This document shows positions 29,218 through 39,273 of a stretch of 64,000 bases of DNA, piece after piece (the first letter of the stretch is position 1; the number at the start of each line of letters is the position of its first letter). This DNA is from a virus (lineage: Duplodnaviria; Heunggongvirae; Uroviricota; Caudoviricetes): positions 1 to 64,000 of the IMG/VR virus record IMGVR_UViG_2651870364_000001; one strand, given 5' to 3'. The position numbers were made by a program, and so were the translations under genes. The notes under the pieces were generated by a model. The model ran no database searches. It worked only from the letters and a program-made list of their open reading frames with translations, and was not told the origin of the DNA.

Positions 29218-30393
29218 TTAAACCTTTATCCTTTCACTCTGTGTAACCAATTCTCCGTCTGGTTTAATCTTCGTTATCAATGATAATGTGTGCTTGTATA
29301 TCGTATCCTTATAAATTAATGGCTGGAAGATGTCTCCTCTTCTTATACCTGCAACTAATAACAGATTTCCCCTTGTAAGCCAACTGTTCTCAAGTATCTC
29401 TGACTTACCGGTCTCAGGATTATAAGCAGAAATACGTTTACTGTAAAAGGCATAGTGTCCTTTATTCAGCTTAACATTAACTAGTCCTGTAGGTGTAAGT
29501 AAAGACACAATTCTGTGGTTCTTATCTGTCGCTATAATCGTACCGAAGATACGGCTAATTTTAAACTTAGGCATCTTCTTTGCTTCGCCGTCAATATATC
29601 GGGTGTAGAATTCATAAGGTTCCGGCTCCTCCGGTAAGGAATTAAAATCTACTACTCCATAATCTTTAGGATTACTATGTGCAAGTTCATGTTCACCATC
29701 ATAGAAGTTAATAGTCTCTACGCTCCAGTGATTTTTAGGCATCTTTACCTTTTCAATATACAATTTAGTGAAGATCTTATCGTTATATAACTTTAAGGTT
29801 GCGTCTGAAGCGAACCAATCTTTTAATGGCTGAATCAACTTATCCGTTTCCTTGATAAAGAGCTTCTCAGAGATTGTATAGTACTCACCTTTAACCCCTG
29901 TTACACAACTATCATCAAAGTGTTTCTTAAAAAAGCGCTGAGAGTTCTGATCAAGAACAAATATACGGTCGTGATAACCCTTTTTGGGAATTCTCCTTCC
30001 CTTATTGATTACCTTTTCAACACAGTTAGAATCCTTTAAGACATATTTCTTAAAGAAAACAGTTTGTTGTGCCAGAATTAACTCTTCAGGGATAATTCTA
30101 AAATCAATGCAGTTGTTGAACTGTGATAAGGTTAGACTGGATATCGGAGAGAAAATATATTCTCTGATAAATCGTTTCATGATGTCTTCCTTATTGCCAA
30201 AACAATTGAAACATCCACTTTTAATTAACTTAATCATCTGCGAAGTTTTAATGATTTTACTTTCATAGAGCTTCAGGATTACATCTTTGAATGAGCTGTA
30301 TGGTCGATTTTCAATTATTGCATTTGCAATATCAGTATTAACTCCATTGATTCCCTTTAATCCAAAACGAATGCTTGAATTTTCTACATCCAC
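29218..30393 (-). CDS. dnaE: DNA polymerase III alpha subunit, C-terminal segment (HhH, OB-fold, tau/beta-binding region)
   Basis: RFGLKGINGVNTDIANAIIENRPYSSFKDV...LIKSGCFNCFG matches the DnaE helix-hairpin-helix region. It lies downstream of the HEG and the N-terminal DnaE ORF. Confidence 0.6.
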   Translation of the reverse strand: MDVENSSIRFGLKGINGVNTDIANAIIENRPYSSFKDVILKLYESKIIKTSQMIKLIKSGCFNCFGNKEDIMKRFIREYIFSPISSLTLSQFNNCIDFRIIPEELILAQQTVFFKKYVLKDSNCVEKVINKGRRIPKKGYHDRIFVLDQNSQRFFKKHFDDSCVTGVKGEYYTISEKLFIKETDKLIQPLKDWFASDATLKLYNDKIFTKLYIEKVKMPKNHWSVETINFYDGEHELAHSNPKDYGVVDFNSLPEEPEPYEFYTRYIDGEAKKMPKFKISRIFGTIIATDKNHRIVSLLTPTGLVNVKLNKGHYAFYSKRISAYNPETGKSEILENSWLTRGNLLLVAGIRRGDIFQPLIYKDTIYKHTLSLITKIKPDGELVTQSERIKV

Positions 30394-31735
30394 ATCAAAG
30401 CCGAAGTCTGATTTATTTATATCTGGTAGTTCGATATTAACGTTCTGATTGATGATATTTGCAATAGCTACAGCGGTTTTATCGTAATTTGTACTATCAT
30501 TTTCTTCTTCGTTGTACGAACCTGAGTCTACGATAAGATTTGCTGCCTGCCAATAGATTGGTGGGAATTTATAAGATAGATTCAGCTCCTGAAGGAGAAC
30601 AATTGAATAACTAAGTGTGTGTGCCTTATTACCTACCGCACTAGGTTTCCCTAGCCTTTTCAGTTGCGGTCTGGACTATACCATCAGCCAACATTCCATA
30701 TAAATTCTTGTTGGTTGGACTTATTATAGTCTCTGAACATCTCTCTCAATAAAATATACTTTCGACGCATACCATATGGACGGTCATAAACTAAAGCCAT
30801 TAACTTAAAAATATTAGTTTGCAACGAACTTTCTACTAACCATATTTTTGTTGAAGGATTTTGTATCACATGTAAATCTTCCATAAAAAATTTCTCTTCA
30901 AGAATTTCTTTTATCCAATTAACAAAGTCAAAAGACATTGAACAAATATTAAAAGATACAGTTTTTTGAGATGTATAATGAATACATCCATCGCCATCTA
31001 TTATTCCTCGTAGCAAATACGGAAGAAACTTTTGCTCTTTACATGTTAATGTTCTTAATCCATGAAGAGAATGACTTTTTCTTTCTGTTATGCCGTATCT
31101 GGATAATTGTTTAACTTGTTTTTCTCCTGAAAAAACAATACGATACATTGGTTGATAGATATAATTATCTACAGTTCGAGACGGTATAGTTGTATAAAAA
31201 CCGCCAGAACATTCTGCAATAAATTGAATACAATCTTCATCGGTTAATTGAATACCATAACGATTCTTAACAACATATCCATCTGTTAGCATTAATCCAA
31301 TGAAATATGCCTTAAATGGTGTATCTATTTCAGAAAAATCTAAATGATATTGTTTTCGATTATCTCTTGCACTTTTAATAATATCTTTATATTCATTTGG
31401 ATAATACTTTTTTACTTTATCAATAACTGATTTCTTTGATCTAAAGCCGTATTGCCTTAATAATTTTGTCACAGGGACGCCATTGCGATACTGCTCTACT
31501 AGACGTAATTCTTCGGCATTGCTTAAACGCTTTATACCCATTTATTTCCTCCTTTCCTTTATTCTATTGAGAGATTTTGCTGCGTTTGATGACCCAATCC
31601 TCAAACTTTTTACCATCTCAAAGGCTGTTACTCCTTGCCCTTGTCTGTATCACTACGACAAGTTGGTATTTAAGGCTCTTAGGGACTCCCCGCAATTTAA
31701 AGTCTTCTTTTCAAAAATGTCACCATTTTCAGGGT
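30394..31735 (-). mobile_element. Putative group I intron (or intervening mobile insertion) carrying a LAGLIDADG homing endonuclease and splitting dnaE
   Basis: About 1.34 kb separates the two dnaE ORFs. It holds a free-standing HEG flanked by ~190 and ~290 nt of noncoding, hairpin-rich sequence. Confidence 0.4.
30684..31541 (-). CDS. LAGLIDADG-family homing endonuclease
   Basis: Two LAGLIDADG-type motifs are present (YFIGLMLTDGYV and LLRGIIDGDGCI). Length 285 aa. Confidence 0.7.
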   Translation of the reverse strand: MGIKRLSNAEELRLVEQYRNGVPVTKLLRQYGFRSKKSVIDKVKKYYPNEYKDIIKSARDNRKQYHLDFSEIDTPFKAYFIGLMLTDGYVVKNRYGIQLTDEDCIQFIAECSGGFYTTIPSRTVDNYIYQPMYRIVFSGEKQVKQLSRYGITERKSHSLHGLRTLTCKEQKFLPYLLRGIIDGDGCIHYTSQKTVSFNICSMSFDFVNWIKEILEEKFFMEDLHVIQNPSTKIWLVESSLQTNIFKLMALVYDRPYGMRRKYILLREMFRDYNKSNQQEFIWNVG

Positions 31736-34267
31736 CTAATTTGTCTTGTTAAGTTGGTGAAACCCATAGCCACGCTGTGTCATTATCAGCGTATTCCACA
31801 CATAGTTAGTCAAGTTCGTTGACAAATTCTTCTTTTTTGCATTCTCAAAGAACTCATTTTGTAGAACCAAGAACTGCTCAGGATTCTTTTTTGCTACACT
31901 TTTTCTTAATTTATCTGCCCATGCTAAGCTAAATCCACCGATCTTTGGATGCATCGTCAGTAGGAATAAGAATTCCTGTGCCTCACAGATACCGCAAGAT
32001 ACACCAAGGATTTCTTTCAGAATGTCTTGTTCTTCTAAAGTCAATCCTGCTTCATCCATTTCTCGGTACCATGCTTTGATATCATCGTGGAACCTCGCGT
32101 ACTTCTGCAGAGGTGGTTCCGCTCCTTTTTCCTGTGCCATTAATCGGATTACTGAGTTAATGGTCGCTAAGTCATCAACTGAATGAGGTTTGATTAAAGC
32201 AAGAGCTGCTTTACCAGATTCTTTTTCCATCTGGAATGCACTTATAACTTTATGGTTCCAAAGTAATGACCACATATTATCATCTTCACGAATGCAGTTA
32301 TATACTCCGATGTACTTTTCATACGTTGCCTTGAGAGATCCTTGCCACTTAATAACTCCATACTTCAACAAAAGATTTAAACAAGCATGAATCTTATCCA
32401 GTGCATCAATGCAAAGTAGATCAATCTTAATCAAAGACATATCTTCAAGCTTATGTAAGTCGAACTGAGTGATTACATCGCCTGATTTTGTACGCATTAA
32501 TGCTGCAGAGTTCGTGATTGGTTCATCAACAATAACTACTCCACCGGCATGTTGCCCTACTCCACAAACCAGTCCTTCGATTTTTTGAGCTGTTTTCCAT
32601 AATTCAGGATACTTATCCATCTCCGACTTAAACTCTGCGTTTGGTTTCATATCATTTTCAGGATCACCATAATACATTTGATGGAGGTTTCGTGTAATAC
32701 CTCTATCAGCAACAATTAAAGATGCAATGTAAGATGCAACATCGTTTGATATATCAAGACCCCGTGCAGCGGTTAGAATGGCTTTTCTTGCAGCTTCAGT
32801 GGAGAGTGTCATTACTTTAACGGCTCTTTCACTGCCATACACTTCCTTGAAGTGATTTATTACTGTGTCTCTAGCGTTTGACTCAATGTCTGTATCAATA
32901 TCCAGGACACTCGCTCTTTCGGGGTTCAAAAAACGCCATGGATATGTTTTTGTTGTTTCTCGGAATGGATCCACTTGAATGATGTCTAATAAATATAAGA
33001 TACAAAAACCGGCTCCAGATCCTCTTGCTGGTCCGACTAAAGTACCGGATTCCCAGGCTAATCTTACATAATCTCGTACTTGCATTAAATAAGCCGACCA
33101 TCGAACATTCATTTTTTCAGATGATGTCTTAAGATACATAAGGCACTCATCTACAGCAGCATAGCCATCTGGTGTTTGATAATGAGGATTTCGTTCAATG
33201 CCATTCAGGACTTCACGAATCATATGTCGGTCACTGTCATACTCACTTTCGAAAAAGTAAGACAAAAGTTTTAGCTTTGTTTTATATTTGTCAAACAAAA
33301 CCTCGCTAGGTTCGGTTAAATCTTGTGGAATATACGGCATTTTCAATGGCTTGTCTAAGCTATAATCTTCAAGCTTGTCATAAATCATCTGGGTATTGTT
33401 AATTGCAGTATTAACTACTTCTGCCCCCAACGATTCATCCATGAAAGAATGAAGCTCCTGCTCGGACATTACATAAGTTGTAGCATAAAAATCGCCCACT
33501 TCACGTTCATGATCGTCTGTTTCTGCTTTCAAAAAGGCTTCATGAATTGGCCTGTCTTCGGCGGTCAGATAATGAGCATCGGTTGTAACGATATATGGAA
33601 TATCAAGTTCTTCCGAAATCCGAGTAATCGTCTGATTCACAATCGTCTGTTCTTCAGTAGTTCCCGGTTGCATTTCAAGGAAGAAATATCCGTGACCAAA
33701 TAATTCATCCATGTATTGGCACCATCCAATTACCGCATCCCATAAATCATCAATTGGATTAGCATGATACTGAAGAATCCAGTATGCTAAATTTCCTCCC
33801 AAACAGGCCGAACTACCAATCAGATGACCTTTATATTCTTTTAACAATTCTTCTAATTCATCATAGTAAGTGGGAACACGATAATGATAATAAACAAAGG
33901 CATTATGACACCATGAGTGCGTACTTAATTCTCTTATCGCTTGATGCCCTATAGCATCTAAAGCAAGCAGAATAAAGTGACTGAACCGGCTTTCACTGGT
34001 CACGTCCTCTTCATTTACGTCACGGGTACAAAGATAGATTTCGTTGCCTAGACCAAGTTTAAAATTCTCCCAACCAGGCTCTTTCGCCATCTTGTGGAAG
34101 TATTGTAAGGCGACCTGATGTGCAGTTACAGATTCATGATCTGTAATACAAATACCGCTATGTCCAATATCATGAGCATAGCGGATTAAATCTACCACCT
34201 TATTGGTCGAGTCGCGAAACCTAAGATTGGATCCCATATCAGTATGATTGTGAATTCCAATATACAT
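31736..34267 (-). CDS. dnaE: DNA polymerase III alpha subunit, N-terminal segment (PHP domain plus polymerase core)
   Basis: Has an N-terminal PHP motif (GIHNHTDMGS...ICITDHESV) and the Pol III alpha palm/fingers. The 843-aa ORF ends just before the HhH region. Confidence 0.8.
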   Translation of the reverse strand: MYIGIHNHTDMGSNLRFRDSTNKVVDLIRYAHDIGHSGICITDHESVTAHQVALQYFHKMAKEPGWENFKLGLGNEIYLCTRDVNEEDVTSESRFSHFILLALDAIGHQAIRELSTHSWCHNAFVYYHYRVPTYYDELEELLKEYKGHLIGSSACLGGNLAYWILQYHANPIDDLWDAVIGWCQYMDELFGHGYFFLEMQPGTTEEQTIVNQTITRISEELDIPYIVTTDAHYLTAEDRPIHEAFLKAETDDHEREVGDFYATTYVMSEQELHSFMDESLGAEVVNTAINNTQMIYDKLEDYSLDKPLKMPYIPQDLTEPSEVLFDKYKTKLKLLSYFFESEYDSDRHMIREVLNGIERNPHYQTPDGYAAVDECLMYLKTSSEKMNVRWSAYLMQVRDYVRLAWESGTLVGPARGSGAGFCILYLLDIIQVDPFRETTKTYPWRFLNPERASVLDIDTDIESNARDTVINHFKEVYGSERAVKVMTLSTEAARKAILTAARGLDISNDVASYIASLIVADRGITRNLHQMYYGDPENDMKPNAEFKSEMDKYPELWKTAQKIEGLVCGVGQHAGGVVIVDEPITNSAALMRTKSGDVITQFDLHKLEDMSLIKIDLLCIDALDKIHACLNLLLKYGVIKWQGSLKATYEKYIGVYNCIREDDNMWSLLWNHKVISAFQMEKESGKAALALIKPHSVDDLATINSVIRLMAQEKGAEPPLQKYARFHDDIKAWYREMDEAGLTLEEQDILKEILGVSCGICEAQEFLFLLTMHPKIGGFSLAWADKLRKSVAKKNPEQFLVLQNEFFENAKKKNLSTNLTNYVWNTLIMTQRGYGFHQLNKTN

Positions 34268-34286
34268 ATCGGTCGCTCCTCTCTTA

Positions 34287-35306
34287 TTAAAACACTAATT
34301 TTCTCTTCGTTCCAACATTTAATTTTGTAGGCTGTTCAAAAGAAAATAAATCATCCCACGGCTTAGCTTTATCAAATGTCTTATTCTCTGGAGTCCAGAG
34401 ACTATGATACTCGCATAAATTCTTAAACTCATGCGCATCATGATTAGTTTTGCAGTATGCACACCAATGACATAATGGAGTAGGATTAGGTTTATAGACG
34501 CTCGTCTTCTTCAATTCATCGATACTGTCGAAGATTTTATCTAACTTCTTATCTAATCGTTTCTCCCAGCCTTTAGTTAACGCATTCTGCTGATCATCAA
34601 TCAGAATAAAACGATATAAACTCTCGACCGGCAGCTGTCCTGTCTCAGAATAAATTGCTAAAGCGTAAATTCCGAACTGTAATGAGGTTGGAAGCTCACT
34701 TTTGGCAAAAATCTTTTTCGAGGTTTTATAGTCAATTGTCCGAAACTCTTCTCCCTGTAGGGTTTTACGCACATCGACTCTGTCGATAAATCCTGATAAA
34801 ATCGCTCTTTCATTCCAGACAAACCCAAATGGATGTTCGCACCATTTTGGTTTCCATTCGGTGTTCATCATCTCACTCTCAAGAACCTTCTGGAAGATGT
34901 TCATCTTCTCAGGATAACTCATTCCGGAAGCGTTATCAGGTTTATTCCATTCCATGAAATATTTCTTTGCCAATGCAGGTACTCCGAGCAAATGTTCGGT
35001 TGTTTTCGTATCATCAGGCTCTGGATTAGCTCCATTATCTATTATAGACTTTAATTTTGACTTGTCAACCTCTTCGCAATTAATAATCATATTTCCTTTA
35101 TCTTCAAGAACCTTATGACAAAGACTACCAAGTTCTAAAGCTAAAGTGGTATCTGAAGTATAATGACCATCTATATACTTTAGTTTATATTGCATTGGGC
35201 AATGAAGAAAAGTACTTAATCTACTATAAGAGAACTTCTCAAAGTTCTTATAGTCTTCTTCTGTGGCTAGACGAACCTTGTTCTTAAAGATATCAATGGT
35301 ACTCAT
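34287..35306 (-). CDS. PD-(D/E)xK nuclease, Cas4/RecB-like exonuclease with a C-terminal Cys cluster
   Basis: Has the N-terminal SYSRLSTFLHCPMQYKL signature and four C-terminal Cys (CHWCAYCK...NLC) typical of Cas4-like Fe-S nucleases. Confidence 0.55.
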   Translation of the reverse strand: MSTIDIFKNKVRLATEEDYKNFEKFSYSRLSTFLHCPMQYKLKYIDGHYTSDTTLALELGSLCHKVLEDKGNMIINCEEVDKSKLKSIIDNGANPEPDDTKTTEHLLGVPALAKKYFMEWNKPDNASGMSYPEKMNIFQKVLESEMMNTEWKPKWCEHPFGFVWNERAILSGFIDRVDVRKTLQGEEFRTIDYKTSKKIFAKSELPTSLQFGIYALAIYSETGQLPVESLYRFILIDDQQNALTKGWEKRLDKKLDKIFDSIDELKKTSVYKPNPTPLCHWCAYCKTNHDAHEFKNLCEYHSLWTPENKTFDKAKPWDDLFSFEQPTKLNVGTKRKLVF

Positions 35307-35307
35307 A

Positions 35308-35772
35308 TTACTTTTTCACCGCTTCCCTATATGCCTCTACACTTTCTCTTAATAGATCAGCGTTCTTCTTTGCTGCAACAGTCTTTCTTACATCCTCTAA
35401 AAGCTGTTTGATATTGCATCTTACTCCTGGGATCAAAGATAAATTATCGTCATTGAGATCAAAAGATCTTGGGTGACCATCCAGTCCCATTCCATAAACA
35501 ATGCCCTTCTTTACATCAGTTACAATGATTGACTCTACTGGTCTATCGTTCCGCTTATATTCACATATAGCTCCAACCTCGACCATCGTGTAAAGATTCA
35601 GTCTCCGCTTAATATCATCAGCAGAATACTTCTCATATACATCTCCAACGGTGTTCTGACCGAAAATCTCCTTTAATACAGAAGAAGGAAGATATAGCAT
35701 TCGGCTATCAACATCGAATGTTTTTCTCTCATCTTCTTCCTTCATTTTAAACATTTGATCAAATGAAAACAT
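35308..35772 (-). CDS. Hypothetical protein
   Basis: A 154-aa ORF. Confidence 0.4.
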   Translation of the reverse strand: MFSFDQMFKMKEEDERKTFDVDSRMLYLPSSVLKEIFGQNTVGDVYEKYSADDIKRRLNLYTMVEVGAICEYKRNDRPVESIIVTDVKKGIVYGMGLDGHPRSFDLNDDNLSLIPGVRCNIKQLLEDVRKTVAAKKNADLLRESVEAYREAVKK

Positions 35773-35786
35773 TTCCTTAATCCTTT

Positions 35787-36956
35787 CTACTGTTCGTCCT
35801 CTAAGACTTCTTGAACTTCCTTCATCGTAATCTGAATTTTGTTATCAAGAAGTCTTAGTAAAACATCTTTACCTTTATCTGTTGGTGAACCTTTGTAAGG
35901 CAACAAATCTTCTTTATCCAATAACAAGCAAACCTTAACGTATGGAACTAATGGAGCAACAGTCCTTACTAACTTGTTATAGTAAATGGTTGCATCATAG
36001 CTTTCGCTGTCCTCATATTCTTTATCGAATCCAACGATTACTTCAGATACCTTTAAGTCCTGAATAATAATTCTAACCTGCTCCGGTGTAATATTCGAAC
36101 CACATACAGCACAAACAAAACTATCTTCACCGAAGTAAGTATAAGCTTGCATGCAGCTCTTTTCGCCTTCAACCAGCATTATCTTCTTACATCTCATGAC
36201 CTTATCCTTAACAACATTTAAGCCGTAAAGATTGTTACCTAAATGATGCGCAAGAAACTCTCCATTAACCTGGAGCGGTACATATTTACCGATCCTTTCG
36301 ATATCATCCTCATCAATATATCTTCCACGGATTCCGATCAACCGGTTATCCATATCTCTATGAGGAATCGTTATCTGATTAGTAAGTCCGTAATATCCGA
36401 TCTCGAATCTTCCAAGTGCTTCAAGTGAGATATTATCATTCAACCATAACTCATGCGGAGCGTAATAGAATATCTCAAGGATATGCTCATTTAACTCCTT
36501 AAAAGGAGTAACTTCATTTCCTTTTGAAGTCACAGCTTTAATTCGATTAATCCAAGAAAAATCATTAATTTTCTTTGTCTGGGTCTTTAGCGAATCACCT
36601 TTTAAGATGGATAACTTTCCCGTGAAAGACCCGATCCAATATAAAGCCTTATACCATGTAAGAGTTTTGCCTTGCATTCGGTTAGCTCTCATGACCAACT
36701 CAATGATGTTAAAACTATCATCACACCCTGAGTAGCAATGGAATACTCTACCATTATGTCTACCTTGAGGTTCATGATAATAATACAATTTATAACTATT
36801 ACTTGGATCTGGCTGATTGTGACAGATAGTTTGGAATATCAAATTCCCTTTACTATCATGCCTTGGTTCACCAGAACCAAGATAAGTGACAATGCGAATG
36901 ATATCATCCTTTGTGAGACTGTTTAAGATCTCGTCTTTGTTTAGATACATAGACAC
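35787..36956 (-). CDS. DNA primase (CHC2 zinc finger plus Toprim)
   Basis: Has a zf-CHC2-like segment (CHNQPDPS...HCYSGCDDSFN) and a Toprim segment (LVEGEKS...VGFDKE). Confidence 0.65.
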   Translation of the reverse strand: MSMYLNKDEILNSLTKDDIIRIVTYLGSGEPRHDSKGNLIFQTICHNQPDPSNSYKLYYYHEPQGRHNGRVFHCYSGCDDSFNIIELVMRANRMQGKTLTWYKALYWIGSFTGKLSILKGDSLKTQTKKINDFSWINRIKAVTSKGNEVTPFKELNEHILEIFYYAPHELWLNDNISLEALGRFEIGYYGLTNQITIPHRDMDNRLIGIRGRYIDEDDIERIGKYVPLQVNGEFLAHHLGNNLYGLNVVKDKVMRCKKIMLVEGEKSCMQAYTYFGEDSFVCAVCGSNITPEQVRIIIQDLKVSEVIVGFDKEYEDSESYDATIYYNKLVRTVAPLVPYVKVCLLLDKEDLLPYKGSPTDKGKDVLLRLLDNKIQITMKEVQEVLEDEQ

Positions 36957-36959
36957 CTC

Positions 36960-38651
36960 TTAGAACATCAATTTACCGTTTTTATTTACGACCGAACTTG
37001 TCTTCTGTGGCTCTGGATCGACTTCCTTTACCGCTTCAGACTCTTCTACAGTAGGTTCTTCATTGATAATTTCGTCTTCCTTGAAATCGTCATCGGTCAT
37101 ATAATGGCTTTGAGTCTCTACAACCACATCCGCATTTTCGATTTTAGTAATATCTACATCAATTAAAGTAAAGTCAAAGTCTGTTACAAACAACGGCTCT
37201 TCGGTCATTGTACCTAAATCATAGTATGACCAAATAATAATGTTTGATAACTGACCGCCACGAACTTTATAGCACCAGGACGCAAAATTCGGCATTTTAA
37301 TACCAACCTTTGCACTCTTGCGAATGACTGGCTCCAGCCGTTTCAACTCTGCCTTTGTCGGCTTCATCTGGATGATACCAACATCTAACTTGTTTGCTAA
37401 CGACTTAGCTCCTGCAAGTAAGTTCTGGTTCTTATAGTGTGCATCAATCGCTTCTGGCTTCAACTGGGAAGCGCTGAAAATAAAGATATCCAGCTTTTGT
37501 GCTAAAGCTTTCAGCTCTGTGGCAAAATCCAGTAAGATCTGATGCTCACCTAGCCTCATTCCCGAATTTCGATTGGCTTCTCCCATTGCTTTAACACTCA
37601 TCCAGATATAATCAAAGAACACATATCTTACACCATATTGACGATGATATCTTTTAATGATATTGATAATATCTGAAATGCCGAACTCGTATATCTGTTC
37701 GATAAATATCGGAGATTGCTTAATATACTCAGCTGCCTGAAGCACTCTTTCATATTCTCCCGGTTCATAAGTCCTACGAAGAATATGATCTTCGTTAACC
37801 TTTGCAACAGATGCAAGTAAAGGTGTCTGAATCTCACGAATCGCCATCTCTGTTGTAAGGAATAGAGTTGGCTCACTCCATCCAGTGTGGATAAAATCGC
37901 CCTTCTTTACATCATAAACGTAAGGGATTGCGATATTCCGTGCATCACCGATAGCTAATCGTGTTTTACCTTGACCTTGTAATAAAGAACGTAAATATAA
38001 ACATCCAGTACGTGCTCCCCTTGTAACACTTCCAATTCCGTCATCAGCTAATGGAACACCGATAGCTGGAGCTTCATGGAGTTCTTCAATCAGATCCAAT
38101 AATCCCTCACCAGCCTGACATCCTTCACTTAATTCAGACTGACAAAAACTTGATTGTGGTTGCAAAACAAAAGTAGATTCAACGGTCTCTACAATATCCT
38201 GTTCTGTATAATTCTCGAACTTCTCTTCTTCTTTATTCAGCTGGTCACTAGGAGCTGAAGGATTATAGATGAATCGGGTATCCAACCCCTTCTTCTCATA
38301 ATATCTAAGCAACGAGAATTTTCTCATTCGATGATAGAAATAATCGAAGTTCTCAAGGCTTGCCATCCCTTTGGCACTCGATAAATACTCTAAACCATTA
38401 TTCCCCTGAAATATCTTATACTGCTCATCGTATGAACTTAAATAAGAATCTATAGCAAATTCATCTATCTTAGTCATACCTTGCATTTCAAGGTTATAAA
38501 TTGCGACATAAAGAATTTTGTAGAAATCTTCCACCTCGAAATCTTCTACCGACAGTGGATGATCTACATCTTCCACCAGACCAGGCTCCTGCATGAAGCA
38601 ACCTAATGTGTTGAGGATAGCCCTAGTATCCGCTAAACCACTATAACTCAT
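36960..38651 (-). CDS. DnaB-family replicative DNA helicase
   Basis: Has a RecA-like core with a Walker A-like motif (GQGKTRLAIGDARNIA) and the typical N-terminal DnaB domain. Length 563 aa. Confidence 0.65.
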   Translation of the reverse strand: MSYSGLADTRAILNTLGCFMQEPGLVEDVDHPLSVEDFEVEDFYKILYVAIYNLEMQGMTKIDEFAIDSYLSSYDEQYKIFQGNNGLEYLSSAKGMASLENFDYFYHRMRKFSLLRYYEKKGLDTRFIYNPSAPSDQLNKEEEKFENYTEQDIVETVESTFVLQPQSSFCQSELSEGCQAGEGLLDLIEELHEAPAIGVPLADDGIGSVTRGARTGCLYLRSLLQGQGKTRLAIGDARNIAIPYVYDVKKGDFIHTGWSEPTLFLTTEMAIREIQTPLLASVAKVNEDHILRRTYEPGEYERVLQAAEYIKQSPIFIEQIYEFGISDIINIIKRYHRQYGVRYVFFDYIWMSVKAMGEANRNSGMRLGEHQILLDFATELKALAQKLDIFIFSASQLKPEAIDAHYKNQNLLAGAKSLANKLDVGIIQMKPTKAELKRLEPVIRKSAKVGIKMPNFASWCYKVRGGQLSNIIIWSYYDLGTMTEEPLFVTDFDFTLIDVDITKIENADVVVETQSHYMTDDDFKEDEIINEEPTVEESEAVKEVDPEPQKTSSVVNKNGKLMF

Positions 38652-39268
38652 ACGCCACTCTTTCCAATTTGTGTGATATCAAGTTGCTTTATTTTTCTAG
38701 TACGATGAGGATCTATCACAACGGTTCTCCGTTTATACATTCCTTTAAGATCTATGTCAGCATTATTCTTCTCCACATCATGAATGGATTTAAAGTATTT
38801 CTCAGCATCTCTGTAATAATACGGGATCCGTTCAATTCCAGATTCATCTGGTAAAAGAATATTAGTCTGGATCTCGTGCAGATACTGTAATGTATCGTAC
38901 ATTCCGTCCCAAGTTAAACCGTATCGATTAACATATTTGTCAATTAAAGAATAATGTTTGGCTTCAATCTTTTCATCCCCTAGACACTTATGAACATAAT
39001 CATAAAACCTTCGCTTATGTTTATATTCCTCTTCGCTCATCGGACCTTTTGCTTCGGCTTGAGAAACGGTAGTTTTTTTCTTTACTCCGGTCGATACTAC
39101 TTTTCTTTTGCCTGCGGCTTTTCTCTTAAGCTCTTTTTCCTTTTCGGAGAGAAGGACAGAACTATAAGTGTTAAAGCATTTTGTATGAGCGTATCCATTT
39201 TTATAGGGCACAGACTGAGAATTATCCTCAATCCATGCCCCACAAATCTTACATTTACGTCTTCCCAT
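38648..39268 (-). CDS. Hypothetical protein with an N-terminal zinc finger
   Basis: Contains CKICGAW...HTKCF and a basic middle region. Confidence 0.4.
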   Translation of the reverse strand: MGRRKCKICGAWIEDNSQSVPYKNGYAHTKCFNTYSSVLLSEKEKELKRKAAGKRKVVSTGVKKKTTVSQAEAKGPMSEEEYKHKRRFYDYVHKCLGDEKIEAKHYSLIDKYVNRYGLTWDGMYDTLQYLHEIQTNILLPDESGIERIPYYYRDAEKYFKSIHDVEKNNADIDLKGMYKRRTVVIDPHRTRKIKQLDITQIGKSGV

Positions 39269-39273
39269 TTACC

